A stretch of DNA of 61,785 nucleotides, filler included, from 6 parts of 6 records of this genome joined end to end with filler, not necessarily neighbours in it, one strand, 5' to 3'; shown: positions 30,618-41,598, numbered from the whole stretch's first letter. Notes: generated by a model from the sequence alone, not told the origin. Numbers and translations are program-made.

Positions 30618-31772
30618 TTAGGCCAGCGCCAACAGCGCGTCGCGGCTTAGGGTAAAACCAGATTGCACCCAAAGCGTTTGCAAATGGCGCAAACGTTGGC
30701 CCAGCTCGGGCCCGCTAAAGCGCGGCATCAGATCCGCCGCCGACAGCGGAAACCGCGCCTGCGCCCCCAGGTTTGCCTGTGCAACCGCCTGGCCGTCAAA
30801 GGGCTGCTCGAACATAGCGGCACGCAACAGCGCAACAGAAACCGCCATCTCTGCCCCATGATAAAAGGCCAGGGATGCGATTGTTTCTTGCGTCTCTAAA
30901 GCGCCTTTTAGGGCCTGTAATTGGCGCGCTTGTGCCTTGGACAGGCGCAAAAGATCGCCTGTGTTTTCGCCCCCCAACAGGGCCAAGCGGCGCAATGCAT
31001 TTGGGGCGATGCCTGCGGTTTCTTCGTGATGCACAAGCAGGCCCAAAGCATGATCGCTGGCACCAGGCAAAACCTGGCCCAACACACCACAGGCCCGCAT
31101 GCCTGCCACGGCCTGCGCAGGGTTGGGCGCGGCCAGCAGTTTCAGCATCTCGGCGCCCACCCTTTCACGAGATAACTGCGCCAAGCCGCCCAGGTTTTCA
31201 GCGATGGCCGCCAGCCCATCGCTGTCTAAGCCGCCGTCTGGGTTGCCATACCAGGCATGAAACCGGAAAAATCGCAGGCTACGCAAATGATCTTCGGCGA
31301 TCCGGCGATGTGGGTTGCCAATAAACCGCACACGCCCCGCCTGCAGGTCGGGCAGGCCCAACAGCGGGTCTAAAACAGTGCCATCGGCGCGCGCATAAAG
31401 CGCATTCATGGTGAAATCGCGGCGGCGGGCATCGCTTTCAACACTGTCAGAAAAGGCCACCACCGCATGGCGCCCATCGGTTTTCACATCGCGGCGAAAG
31501 GTTGTTACCTCGTGCGGGATACCCTGCCAAACTAACGTAACCGTGCCATGCTGCAGCCCTGTTGGCACCACCTTAAAACCGTGACTAACACCCAGTTTAG
31601 ACACTGTTTCAGGCCGCGCATCGCTGGCAATATCGATATCTGTTACCGGCTGGCCCAGCAGCGCATTTCGCACGCAGCCCCCCACCAGCAAGGCCTGATA
31701 GCCGGCCTGTTCCAGCATGGCGCACAGCCGTTGCAGCCCTGCTGCCTGTAGCCAGTTACCGCAGATCTGCAT
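30618..31772 (-). CDS. cca: CCA tRNA nucleotidyltransferase
   Basis: VGGCVRN, DIDIA, EVTTFRRD, DARRRDFTMNAL, EDHLRSLRFFRF. Confidence 0.92.
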   Translation of the reverse strand: MQICGNWLQAAGLQRLCAMLEQAGYQALLVGGCVRNALLGQPVTDIDIASDARPETVSKLGVSHGFKVVPTGLQHGTVTLVWQGIPHEVTTFRRDVKTDGRHAVVAFSDSVESDARRRDFTMNALYARADGTVLDPLLGLPDLQAGRVRFIGNPHRRIAEDHLRSLRFFRFHAWYGNPDGGLDSDGLAAIAENLGGLAQLSRERVGAEMLKLLAAPNPAQAVAGMRACGVLGQVLPGASDHALGLLVHHEETAGIAPNALRRLALLGGENTGDLLRLSKAQARQLQALKGALETQETIASLAFYHGAEMAVSVALLRAAMFEQPFDGQAVAQANLGAQARFPLSAADLMPRFSGPELGQRLRHLQTLWVQSGFTLSRDALLALA

Positions 31773-32364
31773 CGTCTTGCATCCGCTGCGCCAAGCCCCG
31801 CAAAATACGCGCTGTCGCACCCCAAATATAATACGGGCCCCAGGGCACCGCAAAATAGTGGCGCATGCTGCCACGCCAGCGCCGCGACTGCACGCTATAC
31901 TGCGCAGGGTTTGCCAAATGCGCCAGAGGCACCGCAAACACCTCGTCTACCTCGCCGGGTTCGGGGCGGGGGGTAAAGGGCGCCAGAATGCGGGCAAACA
32001 CTGGCGTAACCGTAAAAGCGGTTACGGTTTCATGGGCAGGCAGGGTGCCCAATACCTGCACATTTTCAGGCTGCAGGCCAATTTCCTCTTGTGCCTCGCG
32101 CAGGGCTGCGGCGGTTACATCGGCATCGGCCGGGTCTTGCTTGCCGCCGGGAAAGGCGATTTGGCCGGGGTGATGTTTCAAATGCGAGGCGCGTTTGGTC
32201 AAGATCACCCGCGGCCCATCGGGCGCCGCCAGCAGCCCCACCAGCACACCAGCAGGCCGCAAAACCCGGCCCTGCGGCAGCGAGCCGGGGTTCAGATCGA
32301 AATCTGAGGATGCGGCGCTGTTTTTGGCCAGCGCCGCAATCACGGGCGCCAGCGGATCATTCAC
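31756..32364 (-). CDS. nudL: CoA pyrophosphatase (Nudix)
   Basis: LTKRASHLKHHPGQIAFPGG, AALREAQEEIG, IWGATA; GTG start. Confidence 0.9.
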   Translation of the reverse strand: MNDPLAPVIAALAKNSAASSDFDLNPGSLPQGRVLRPAGVLVGLLAAPDGPRVILTKRASHLKHHPGQIAFPGGKQDPADADVTAAALREAQEEIGLQPENVQVLGTLPAHETVTAFTVTPVFARILAPFTPRPEPGEVDEVFAVPLAHLANPAQYSVQSRRWRGSMRHYFAVPWGPYYIWGATARILRGLAQRMQDDADLR

Positions 32365-33352
32365 CCTGATCTGCCCCTTTGGTGGCCTCGAACCCCAGCG
32401 TGGCTGGATCCAGATCGTAATGCGCACCGCAAAACTGGCAATCAGCAGTCACGCGGCCATCATCTGTGGTCATGGTGTCGATGTCGCGCGCGGAATAGAT
32501 CGACATTGTTTGGCGCACCCGCTCGGCCGAACAGGTGCAGCCAAAGCGCACTTGCTGCGCATCAAAAACCCGCGGCGCTTCTTCATGAAACAAGCGCAAC
32601 AATAGATCTGTGGGCGCAACTGACGGGCCGATCAATTCCAGCTCTTCTACCGTGTTCAGCAAATGGTTGACGCGATTCCAGTTTTCACCGGCATCCTCGT
32701 CTAGCAGATCATGGGCTGTTAACAGCCCATCTTCGCCCGTTGCCCCACCCTGCGCAAAAGGCGAGGCTTTGGGCATATGCTGCAACATCACACCACCAGC
32801 GCGCCAATGTTCGCCGCCGCCTTTTTCGGTGGATTTGCCAAAAGACAGCGCAAAGCGGGTTGGCAGCTGCTCAGATTGCGCAAAATAGCCCTCGGCACTG
32901 TCAGACAGCGATTGCCCCGCCAAAGGCGAGATACCTTGATAGGGCCTTGTGCCCTGGCCCTGATCGATGAGAATTGCGAAATAGCCCTTTCCCACCTGAT
33001 CAAACGGTGCACCATCTGTCAGCCGTTCGGCATCGTAGCTGGCGTAGGCGCGAATCTGGGCTGTTTCGCCTTCGGCCTTGGGGCCGAAATAATCGGTGGC
33101 AATCATGCGCACAGGCCCGTTCGATTGCACCTGCAGCGATAGTTTCCAACGCAGTTTGATGGTTTGCCCGATCAACGCGGTCAGCAGGGCCATTTCTGCC
33201 ACCAGCGCCTCGACAACCGGGGGGTAGCTGTGTTGCTTCAAGACATTGTCCAACACACCATCCAGCCGTGCAACGCGGCCGCGAATATCTGATTTATCCA
33301 GCTGGAACGGCAAAACCGTATCGTCCCAGGCGATTTTTGTTCCGAAAGTCAT
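32357..33352 (-). CDS. hslO: Hsp33 redox-regulated chaperone
   Basis: RGRVARL, YFAQSEQLPT, zinc motif CTCS...CQFC. Confidence 0.93.
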   Translation of the reverse strand: MTFGTKIAWDDTVLPFQLDKSDIRGRVARLDGVLDNVLKQHSYPPVVEALVAEMALLTALIGQTIKLRWKLSLQVQSNGPVRMIATDYFGPKAEGETAQIRAYASYDAERLTDGAPFDQVGKGYFAILIDQGQGTRPYQGISPLAGQSLSDSAEGYFAQSEQLPTRFALSFGKSTEKGGGEHWRAGGVMLQHMPKASPFAQGGATGEDGLLTAHDLLDEDAGENWNRVNHLLNTVEELELIGPSVAPTDLLLRLFHEEAPRVFDAQQVRFGCTCSAERVRQTMSIYSARDIDTMTTDDGRVTADCQFCGAHYDLDPATLGFEATKGADQGE

Positions 33353-33428
33353 GGGATTTCCTTTGGCGCCAAGCCTTGGCATACCGCGCCTATATAGGTC
33401 TAGCAAGCCGGAGTAAAAGGAGAGTGCC

Positions 33429-33872
33429 ATGATACCGCGTTTTGGAACCCCGCCCGTGAAAGGCGTGCGCTATCGCCTGCGCCCCGGTGCCTATGCCATT
33501 TTACCCCGTAGAAACGATGTGTTGGTGACATACCAACACGACCCCGATGCAGAATTTCAGCTGCCCGGTGGCGGTATCGATGCGGGCGAATCACCGCTGC
33601 AGGCGCTGCATCGCGAGGTGGTGGAAGAAACTGGTTGGCACATTGCAACGCCACGCCGGCTGGGTGCGTACCGGCGGTTTGTGTTTATGCCAGAATATAA
33701 CCTATGGGCAGAAAAGCTGTGCACCATTTATGTGGCCCGCCCCGTGCGCCCTGTGTGTGCCCCCACCGAGGCCGGGCACACCGCGCTGTGGATGCAGGCA
33801 AAGGATGCCATAGGCCTGCTGGATAACAGCGGCGATCGGGCATTTTTAGAAAGCTGGTTAAGCTGGCGCTAA
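33429..33872 (+). CDS. Nudix hydrolase
   Basis: RBS AAGGAG; Nudix box PGGGIDAGESPLQALHREVVEETG. Confidence 0.9.
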   Translation: MIPRFGTPPVKGVRYRLRPGAYAILPRRNDVLVTYQHDPDAEFQLPGGGIDAGESPLQALHREVVEETGWHIATPRRLGAYRRFVFMPEYNLWAEKLCTIYVARPVRPVCAPTEAGHTALWMQAKDAIGLLDNSGDRAFLESWLSWR

Positions 33873-33883
33873 AATGGCGCCCG

Positions 33884-35143
33884 CTAGGGGCCGCCATATT
33901 CCAGCAATATGGCAGATACATCATCTTCCATGTCTGTGCCCGGGGCACGGGCGCAAAGCGATGCAAATAGCTGGTCCAGCAGATCTGGGCCGCGATGCTG
34001 GGCCAAATGCGCCATCATGGCGGCAAGCCCTGTTTCTTCTAACATCTGGCCCTGGGCATCTTGTGCCTCGCTAAAACCGTCTGAAAACAACAGCACACGA
34101 TCGCCCTGCTGCAGCTGCACCTCGATCGGTTCGAAATAGGCATCTGGCAGCAGGCCGATGGGCATGCCGCCCTGCCCCAGCAGATCTATGGCGCCATTGG
34201 CGCGCTGTATCAGGGGCGGGGGGTGGCCGGCCTGCACCATGTTTAACCGCCCTGTGCGCAGATCGAAAATACCATAAACCATTGTAAAATAGTCTTCTAC
34301 GCCCGTGTCAGCCAGCAGGCGGTTATTCAAAATCTCGGCCACTTCGCCGGGGGGGCGCAGGGCGTAAAAGCGGCCCAAGCGCTGTTCAAGCGCGATGTTT
34401 TGTTCCAAAAACCGGCCGCTAAGGTAGCTGGCCAAGCGGGCGGTCATCAGGGCCGATGTTACGCCGTGGCCTGACACATCTATCGAAAAAAAACCCAATC
34501 TGTTTTGGCCCGGTTGAAACAGGCCCACCAGATCGCCGCCGATATGACCACAGGGCTTTAGCAGCATCGATACCTGCGTGCCGCCCAGCCGCACCACCCG
34601 TTCGGGCACCAGCGATTGCTGTATCTTTCGTGCCTGCCGCAGATCGTGATCGATCGCAGTGTAAAGGCCCTGCAATTCATCCAGCGCACGGGTCAGCCCC
34701 TGCGATTTGCTGGAAATCTCGCGTTCCATCCGCAGCACACGGGCGCCAGCCGTAATGCGCGCGCGCAGTTCCGCCGGGTGCACCGGTTTGGTTAGGAAAT
34801 CATCTGCGCCGCAATCCAGCCCCTGCGCGACGGCCTGCTTTTCGGTTTTTGATGTCAGCAAGATGAAATAGCCATAGCTTACCCGCGGCATCTGGCGAAA
34901 CAGGCGGCACAGTTCCAGCCCATCCATCCCCGGCATGATCCAATCGCTGAGCACAATATCAGGTGGCTGGGCACGGCAGCGTTCCAGCGCCTGCTGCCCG
35001 CTGGCGGCCTGATCCACCACAAAGCCCCATTGCCGCAACAACACCACCAGCACCTGCCGCTGCGCGGTGCTGTCATCAACCACCAACACCCGCAGTGGCT
35101 GGCCCGTATCGTGGATAAAACTGTTGGCCGGTAAATGTTGCAT
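33884..35143 (-). CDS. fused response-regulator receiver / PP2C (SpoIIE, RsbU-like) phosphatase
   Basis: VVDD, SDWIMPGMDG, GADDFLTKP; GGDLV, DVSGHG, FSDG, DDVSAI. Confidence 0.92.
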   Translation of the reverse strand: MQHLPANSFIHDTGQPLRVLVVDDSTAQRQVLVVLLRQWGFVVDQAASGQQALERCRAQPPDIVLSDWIMPGMDGLELCRLFRQMPRVSYGYFILLTSKTEKQAVAQGLDCGADDFLTKPVHPAELRARITAGARVLRMEREISSKSQGLTRALDELQGLYTAIDHDLRQARKIQQSLVPERVVRLGGTQVSMLLKPCGHIGGDLVGLFQPGQNRLGFFSIDVSGHGVTSALMTARLASYLSGRFLEQNIALEQRLGRFYALRPPGEVAEILNNRLLADTGVEDYFTMVYGIFDLRTGRLNMVQAGHPPPLIQRANGAIDLLGQGGMPIGLLPDAYFEPIEVQLQQGDRVLLFSDGFSEAQDAQGQMLEETGLAAMMAHLAQHRGPDLLDQLFASLCARAPGTDMEDDVSAILLEYGGP

Positions 35144-35293
35144 GCATCAAAACGTTTTCTTTCCCAAGGGCCACAGCTGTGGCGGCCAAGGGTAAAGATC
35201 GGATGAAAGATAAAATGCTTTGCAGTTTGCCCGGCGCTGCATACCCAGGCTTAACCAGTTGGCCCCCAATTTTACTGCAAATGCGGGGCGATC

Positions 35294-35596
35294 ATGCTGG
35301 ATTTAGACCAATTAGAAACACTGCGCGCGGAAATTGGCGATGATGGTTTTGCCGAGGTGGCAGCGCTGCTGGTTGCCGAAATTGCCGACGGGATTGAAAC
35401 ATTAGGCTCATTGGCCACCGGGGCAGATCTGTCTGCGCAGTTTCATTACCTGAAAGGCAGCGCATTAAACCTGGGCTTTTGCGATTTTGCGGCCCTTTGC
35501 GCGCAGGGCGAGCAGGGCCTGCGCGTAGATCAGGCAGAATTGCGACAGGTTTTTGATGACTCGGTATTGGCCCTACAACGCTGGGCAAACCCCTAG
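35294..35596 (+). CDS. Hpt domain protein
   Basis: FHYLKGSALNLG phosphotransfer motif; divergent from REC-PP2C. Confidence 0.88.
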   Translation: MLDLDQLETLRAEIGDDGFAEVAALLVAEIADGIETLGSLATGADLSAQFHYLKGSALNLGFCDFAALCAQGEQGLRVDQAELRQVFDDSVLALQRWANP

Positions 35597-36831
35597 ATCA
35601 GGAATTCAGACAATGTCGCATCTTCGGTGATATCGCGATAGGTAAAACCGGCCTCATCGAGCTGGGCAAAGAGGCGCTGAAAATTCTCTGCGCGGCGGGT
35701 TTCAATGCCAATCAAGACCGAGCCGAAATTGCGGGCAGATTTTTTCAGGTATTCAAACCGCGCGATATCGTCCTCGGGGCCAAGAATATTTAAGAATTCT
35801 TTCAGCGCACCCGGGCGCTGTGGCAGGCGCAGAATAAAGTATTTCTTCACCCCCGAATATCGCTGCGCACGCTCTTTCACCTCGGGCAGGCGCTCGAAAT
35901 CGAAATTGCCGCCTGATGTTACGCAAACCACTGTCTTGCCACGTATTTCGCCTGCGACATCCTGCAAGGCATCAACCGATAGCGCGCCCGCAGGTTCCAG
36001 CACGATACCCTCGACATTCAGCATCTCTAGCATGGTTACGCAAATACGGTCTTCGGGGGCGCACAGCACCGCCGCGGGCGGAATATCTGACAGTTTTTCA
36101 AAGGGTCGCGCGCCAATGCGGGCCACTGCGGCGCCATCAACAAAACTGTCTACCTTTGGCAAGGTTACAGGCTGACCCGCCTGAATGGCCGCGGCCAAAC
36201 TGCGCCCACCCTTTGGTTCGACAAAGGAATAGCTGCAGCGCGCCCCGAAAAACCCGCGCACGCCCGCCGACAAGCCGCCACCGCCAACAGGCAGAATAAT
36301 GTGGTCGGGCGCGCCCCCCATTTGAATAGCAATTTCCACCGCCACGCTGGCCTGGCCTTCGATGACATCATCATCATCGAAAGGCGCCAAAAAATGCCCG
36401 CCTTCGGCCGCGCAAAAACGCTGCGCCTCGGCCAAAGTGTTATCGAAATAATCGCCGATCAGGCGTATTTCGATGGCATCGCCACCGAATATTTGGGTTT
36501 TTTGAATTTTTTGCTGGGGCGTCGTGACCGGCATGAAAATTACGCCGCGCACGCCAAAATGCTGGCACATATAGGCCACGCCCTGCGCATGATTGCCAGC
36601 GCTTGCACATACAAACAGCTGCTGATCGGGGCGATTTTCCAGCACCTTGCGCATGGCATTGAACGCACCGCGCAATTTATAGCTGCGCACTGGCGTTAAA
36701 TCTTCGCGTTTTAGCCAGATATCGGCCTCGAAACGTTCCGACAGATGGGCATTGCGCTGCAGCGGCGTTTCGGCAAACACCTCTCGCATCGCGCGTTCGG
36801 CCAGGCGGGCCATATCTTGAAAACTGGTCAT
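35593..36831 (-). CDS. ilvA: threonine ammonia-lyase (biosynthetic)
   Basis: [36 protein letters not shown]. Confidence 0.95.
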   Translation of the reverse strand: MTSFQDMARLAERAMREVFAETPLQRNAHLSERFEADIWLKREDLTPVRSYKLRGAFNAMRKVLENRPDQQLFVCASAGNHAQGVAYMCQHFGVRGVIFMPVTTPQQKIQKTQIFGGDAIEIRLIGDYFDNTLAEAQRFCAAEGGHFLAPFDDDDVIEGQASVAVEIAIQMGGAPDHIILPVGGGGLSAGVRGFFGARCSYSFVEPKGGRSLAAAIQAGQPVTLPKVDSFVDGAAVARIGARPFEKLSDIPPAAVLCAPEDRICVTMLEMLNVEGIVLEPAGALSVDALQDVAGEIRGKTVVCVTSGGNFDFERLPEVKERAQRYSGVKKYFILRLPQRPGALKEFLNILGPEDDIARFEYLKKSARNFGSVLIGIETRRAENFQRLFAQLDEAGFTYRDITEDATLSEFLI

Positions 36832-36980
36832 ACCTTGTCTTGCGGCGCATTTTTGGCCAATGCAAGCGGGGTTTGCGGTATTCTTTTGCGTACAATGGCC
36901 GGGTTTCACCCGCTGGCGCCATGTTGCGCTTGGCTGTTAAAACCGATACGGCAAGGAAAAAGTTTTCCATGGAGAGTCCC

Positions 36981-37412
36981 ATGTCCGCGCCCAAGAAAGT
37001 TGTGCTGGCCTATTCCGGCGGCCTTGATACGTCGATCATTCTGAAATGGCTGCAAACCGAATATGGTTGCGAGGTTGTTACCTTTACCGCCGATCTGGGC
37101 CAGGGCGAAGAGCTGGACCCGGCGCGCGAAAAAGCCCTGATGCTGGGGATCAAGCCCGAGAATATCTATATCGAGGATATTCGCGAAGAATTCGTGCGCG
37201 ATTTTGTGTTTCCAATGTTCCGCGCCAATGCGCTGTACGAGGGTCTGTATCTGCTGGGCACCTCGATTGCGCGGCCGCTGATTTCCAAGCGTTTGGTGGA
37301 AATTGCCGCCGCCACTGGCGCCGATGCCGTGGCCCATGGCGCCACCGGCAAGGGCAACGATCAGGTGCGGTTCGAACTGTCAGCCTATGCGCTGAACCCC
37401 GATATCAAGGTG
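36981..37412 (+). CDS. argG: argininosuccinate synthase, 3' truncated
   Basis: [34 protein letters not shown]. Confidence 0.97.
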
Positions 37413-37512
37413 NNNNNNNNNNNNNNNNNNNNNNNNNNNNNNNNNNNNNNNNNNNNTTAATTAATTAANNNNNNNNNNNNNNNNNNNNNNNNNNNNNNNN
37501 NNNNNNNNNNNN
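37413..37512. other. artificial contig linker
   Basis: N44-TTAATTAATTAA-N44. Confidence 0.99.
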
Positions 37513-38445
37513 CCGCGCGCCATAGGCCACGCGCTTGCCGCCTTCGAGATGCGGCAGCACGGCCGGGTGGTGCTTGAAGCGCTGGAATTCCTGATACGGC
37601 GAAATGTACGGGTTGGCGTAGTTCAGGTGAACCACGAAGCCGACCGAGATGAACGGCTCGCCATTGTCGCGGAAGTGATAGAGGAAGCTGCCGCCGCCGG
37701 TGGAGTTGTCGAGCGGCCAGCCCATCGTGTGCTGGACATAACCTTCCTGGAACTTTTCTTCCGGAACGGACCAGAGTTCTTTCAGGCCAATGCCGAATTT
37801 CTGCGGGTCGCGGCCTTCATCGAGATTGAACTTCGCGATCAGCTCTTTCGTCAGCGAGCCGCGGGCGCCTTCGGCGAACAGGACATATTTGCCCAGCAGT
37901 TCCATGCCCGGCTGGTAGTCGCCCTTGTGGCTGCCATCGGCTGCGATGCCCATGACGCCGGAGACGACGCCCTTCACGCGGCCGTCTTCGCCATAAACGA
38001 CTTCAGAGGCGGCAAAGCCCGGAAACACTTCGACGCCGAGATTCTCGGCTTCCTGGCCGAGCCAGCGGGTCACGTTGGCCAGCGAACCGGTGAAGTTGCC
38101 ATGGTTCTTCATGAAGCCCGGCATCGGCAGCAGGGACATGTCCGCCACGCCTTCCGGACCCAGGAACAGGAATTTGTCAGCCGTCACTTCCGTTTTCAGC
38201 GGACGGTCGTCGCGGGTGCGCCAATCGGGGATCAGCTTGTCGAGACCGACCGGATCCATCACGACACCCGACAGGATGTGCGCGCCGATCTCGCCGCCTT
38301 TTTCCAGAACGACCACGGACAGGTCTTCGCCTGCCTCATTGGCCAGTTGTTTGAACCTGATGGCTGCTGACAGACCGGACGGGCCGCCGCCCACGATCAC
38401 CAGGTCGAACTCCATCGATTCCCGCTCCATAGCGTCATCCGCCAT
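37513..38445 (-). CDS. electron transfer flavoprotein-ubiquinone oxidoreductase, 3' truncated
   Basis: RESMEFDLVIVGGGPSGL, GAHILSG, EGARGSL, YGAR. Confidence 0.95.
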
Positions 38446-38538
38446 TGGTTTCTCCTCGCTTCGGCCTTAGAGTTGCCGCCCATATCTGCAATTACTTAAG
38501 CACTTACAATGTCTGCCGCGAAGGTCCAGAGCTTCTGA

Positions 38539-39324
38539 ATGCCCGCCCCTACGTCAATCACTGCCATCGATGCCCTCACCGACTGGTGGGAAGAGATGGG
38601 CGTGGAGGTAGACCATGCGAGGGTCGATGCGCTCCTGAAGGCCGCAGACACTGTAGTTTCTGCTGCACCGCAGCAATCCGCGTCCGTCCGCCCGCGCCGC
38701 CGCAAACCGACAAACTGGGTCGATGAGGCCCGCTCGCAGGCCGCAGGGTGCGACACTCTGGACGCCCTGAAGACCGCCATCGAATCGTTTGAAGGCAGCC
38801 CGCTGAAGGCTGCCGCGCACTCCACCGTGGTTTACGACGGCGCCCCCGGCGCGAGCCTGATGGTCGTCGGCGAGGGCCCCGGCGCGGAAGAGGACCGGCG
38901 CGGCCTGCCTTTCGTGGGCAAGGCCGGGCAACTGCTGGACCGCATGCTGGCCGCCATCGAGCGTCGCCGCGAGACCAATGCCTTCATCACCAACGTCAAT
39001 TACTGGCGCCCGCCCGGCAACCGGAACCCGGATCAGGAAGAGCTGGACGTCTGCCGGCCTTTCGTGGACCGGATGATCGAGCTGACGAAGCCGAAGCTGA
39101 TCGTGGCGGCCGGAGGCGTGCCGGCCAAGGCACTGTTGGACACACAGGATGGCATCATGCGCCTGCGCGGCTCCGAGCACATGTTCACCACGGCGGGCGG
39201 CTATTCCGTGCCGCTGATCCCGCTGCTACACCCGGCCTACCTGTTGCGCCGCCCGCAGGAAAAGTCCCGCGCCTGGCGGGATTTGCTGCTGGTGGAGAAG
39301 CGGCTGGGAGAACTGGGCGGCTGA
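38539..39324 (+). CDS. uracil-DNA glycosylase, family 4
   Basis: VGEGPG.EED..G.PFVGKAGQLL, RPPGNR, HPAYLLR. Confidence 0.92.
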   Translation: MPAPTSITAIDALTDWWEEMGVEVDHARVDALLKAADTVVSAAPQQSASVRPRRRKPTNWVDEARSQAAGCDTLDALKTAIESFEGSPLKAAAHSTVVYDGAPGASLMVVGEGPGAEEDRRGLPFVGKAGQLLDRMLAAIERRRETNAFITNVNYWRPPGNRNPDQEELDVCRPFVDRMIELTKPKLIVAAGGVPAKALLDTQDGIMRLRGSEHMFTTAGGYSVPLIPLLHPAYLLRRPQEKSRAWRDLLLVEKRLGELGG

Positions 39325-40007
39325 TGCCTGCTCCGCTTTCCATAATCATTCCAACGCTGAATGCCGAAGCAGAGCTGCCGCTTTGTCTGGAGAGCCTTAT
39401 GCCGGGGCTGGAGGCCGGGCTGATCCGGGAGGTCATCGTGGCCGATGGCGGATCAGAGGATGCGACCGCGAAGATTGCCGGGGCGATGGGCGCCAATCTG
39501 GTCACCGGGGCGCGAGGCCGAGGAGCGCAGCTGTCTGCCGGAGCAGCGGCCGCGCGGGGTGACTGGCTGCTGTTCCTGCACGCCGATACCGCGCTTTCCC
39601 GTGACTGGGCCGAGCGCACATCGGATCATATCATGACCAAACCGGATCATGCCGCGTTCTTCGAATTGCGATACCGGTCCGATGCGCGCGCCGCACGGAC
39701 TTTGGAGAAACGTGCGAACCGCCGCGCCCGGATGCTGGGTCTGCCCTATGGCGACCAGGGCCTGCTGATCAGCCGGAAGCTATATGATGAAGTCGGCGGG
39801 TTTCTGGACGTACCGCTGATGGAGGACGTGATGATCGTCCGTGCTATCGGCAAGCAACGCCTGACCGAGTTGAACGCCGAAGCCCGCACCAGCGCCGCGA
39901 AATATGAGCGCGACGGCTGGGGCAAGCGGTCGTGGCGCAACGCGTTCCTGCTCATCCGCTTCCTGCTCGGCGCCAAGCCGGAAGACCTAGCGAAACGCTA
40001 CACCTGA
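39324..40007 (+). CDS. GT2 glycosyltransferase, TIGR04283-like
   Basis: SIIIPTLN, DGGSED, GRGAQL, LFLHADT, PYGDQG, LMEDV, TSAAKY; TGATG overlap with UDG gene. Confidence 0.88.
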   Translation: MPAPLSIIIPTLNAEAELPLCLESLMPGLEAGLIREVIVADGGSEDATAKIAGAMGANLVTGARGRGAQLSAGAAAARGDWLLFLHADTALSRDWAERTSDHIMTKPDHAAFFELRYRSDARAARTLEKRANRRARMLGLPYGDQGLLISRKLYDEVGGFLDVPLMEDVMIVRAIGKQRLTELNAEARTSAAKYERDGWGKRSWRNAFLLIRFLLGAKPEDLAKRYT

Positions 40008-40020
40008 CGAGGAGCTTCTC

Positions 40021-40323
40021 ATGCGCGACGACCGGAATTCCGTGGAACTCTACCGGCATGAGGGCGAGAACTTCCGCTCCGTCCGGGCAACGCTGAAGGA
40101 CGACAAATTCACCTTCGACACACAGGACATGGGCAAGCTGGTCGAGGAGATGTGGGGCGATTCAGACTATGAGTTCTGGACCATCGTCCCGAAGGAAGCC
40201 TGGGGCCAGTTGCTGATGGCCCTGTCGATCGAGTTCTTCGCAAACGACCCGCAGGCGACAGACCGCCTGCACGACATCTGCATCGCGCATGGCATTCCAC
40301 ATGAGCGGGGCAGCTGGGCCTAA
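40021..40323 (+). CDS. hypothetical protein (100 aa)
   Basis: GAGGAG RBS; host-like codon usage; WGDSDYEFW motif; no family recognised. Confidence 0.7.
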   Translation: MRDDRNSVELYRHEGENFRSVRATLKDDKFTFDTQDMGKLVEEMWGDSDYEFWTIVPKEAWGQLLMALSIEFFANDPQATDRLHDICIAHGIPHERGSWA

Positions 40324-40871
40324 TCGCCGTCCCACCAGGCCGGATCGTCGAAATAGGCTTTTTGCGCAGTTCGCAAGTAATCCGAAATCGAAGTCTCCAT
40401 CGGCAGGCTACACGTATAGGAATCGAGTTTGTCGATGCCATACGCTTCGCGCTCTTCCTCGCTGACATCGCCGCACCAGGGCAGTTCGACATCGAACGCT
40501 TTCAGACCATCGGCATCGAACTCCGGCGCCCGCCGTGTGACACCGACGATGTAGGCCGTCTCGTCATCCTCGACCATCCTGATCTCGGTCAGCCAGACCG
40601 GGCCGACTGCCGTATCCATCAATGGGATGAACCGGATGCCCATCGGCTCCTCATCCTCATCTTCTTCCGGCGGGGGCATCATCAGGTAGCCCTTGTTTCC
40701 CCGGTTCGGGACGGTACGGGCGCAGTCATCCTCGTCACTGCAGACCAGGATCGCCGATGCCTCGTCGAGGCGAACCGCTTCGCCTTCCGGGATGAACGGC
40801 GTTTCGCTCGTGAAGCAGGCAGACAGGAAGGCCGCGGCGCCCATGGCCAGGGCGATATTCAGGCGTTGCAT
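40320..40871 (-). CDS. hypothetical acidic lipoprotein
   Basis: AGGAGG RBS, signal peptide with lipobox LSAC, very Asp/Glu-rich. Confidence 0.75.
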   Translation of the reverse strand: MQRLNIALAMGAAAFLSACFTSETPFIPEGEAVRLDEASAILVCSDEDDCARTVPNRGNKGYLMMPPPEEDEDEEPMGIRFIPLMDTAVGPVWLTEIRMVEDDETAYIVGVTRRAPEFDADGLKAFDVELPWCGDVSEEEREAYGIDKLDSYTCSLPMETSISDYLRTAQKAYFDDPAWWDGD

Positions 40872-40947
40872 CAGGAGGCCTCCTTTTTTGGCCCGGATTT
40901 GTCCCGCACATCTTTCGCCGGGCACAAGACGAAAGTAAGGCATTGGC

Positions 40948-41595
40948 ATGGGACGTCCAACTCTTCTCGTATTCGCCAAGCCGCCGCGCATCGGCCTGTC
41001 CAAGACAAGGCTGGCCAAAGGCATCGGTCCGGCCGCCGCCCGGCGCATTGCCGGCTTCACGCAGGCGCGCACCTTCCGGGCGGCCACTCGGTCCGGCTGC
41101 AACACGATCATCTATGCCGCGCCGGACAGCGCGCTGCGTGCTGTCACCACAACAGATTGGCCGGCCCACCTGCCGCGCCGTAGCCAGGGCCACGGCACGC
41201 TGACCGAGCGGCTGGAGAAAGGGTTCGACGAAGCGCCGCCCGGCCCGGTCCTGTTCATTGGAACCGACGCACCGGACGTCTCCGCCGCCTTGCTGCGCCA
41301 GGCCGCGCGCCTGCTCGCCCGGCACGATGCCGTGTTCGGCCCGGCAGAGGATGGCGGCTTCTGGCTGTTCGGCATCAACAAGGGCCCGCGCAGGCACTCC
41401 CCATTCCGCAATGTCCGCTGGTCAGGCCCGCATGCGATGCAGGACGTCTGGTCCAACCTGCCTTCACACGCGAATATCGGCCTGTTGCCGATGCTGATGG
41501 ACATCGACGAGTTGAGCGACTGGCGCGCCTGGAGCCGCCGGCGCCACACGTGGCGCCCGCCTGCAATCCACAGGAAAAAACTCGAAGGACACTAG
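40948..41595 (+). CDS. DUF2064 / TIGR04282-like glycosyltransferase-fold protein
   Basis: VFAKPP..G.SKTRLA, IGTDAP, FGPAEDGGFWL, DIDE..D. Confidence 0.85.
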   Translation: MGRPTLLVFAKPPRIGLSKTRLAKGIGPAAARRIAGFTQARTFRAATRSGCNTIIYAAPDSALRAVTTTDWPAHLPRRSQGHGTLTERLEKGFDEAPPGPVLFIGTDAPDVSAALLRQAARLLARHDAVFGPAEDGGFWLFGINKGPRRHSPFRNVRWSGPHAMQDVWSNLPSHANIGLLPMLMDIDELSDWRAWSRRRHTWRPPAIHRKKLEGH

Positions 41596-41598
41596 TTT

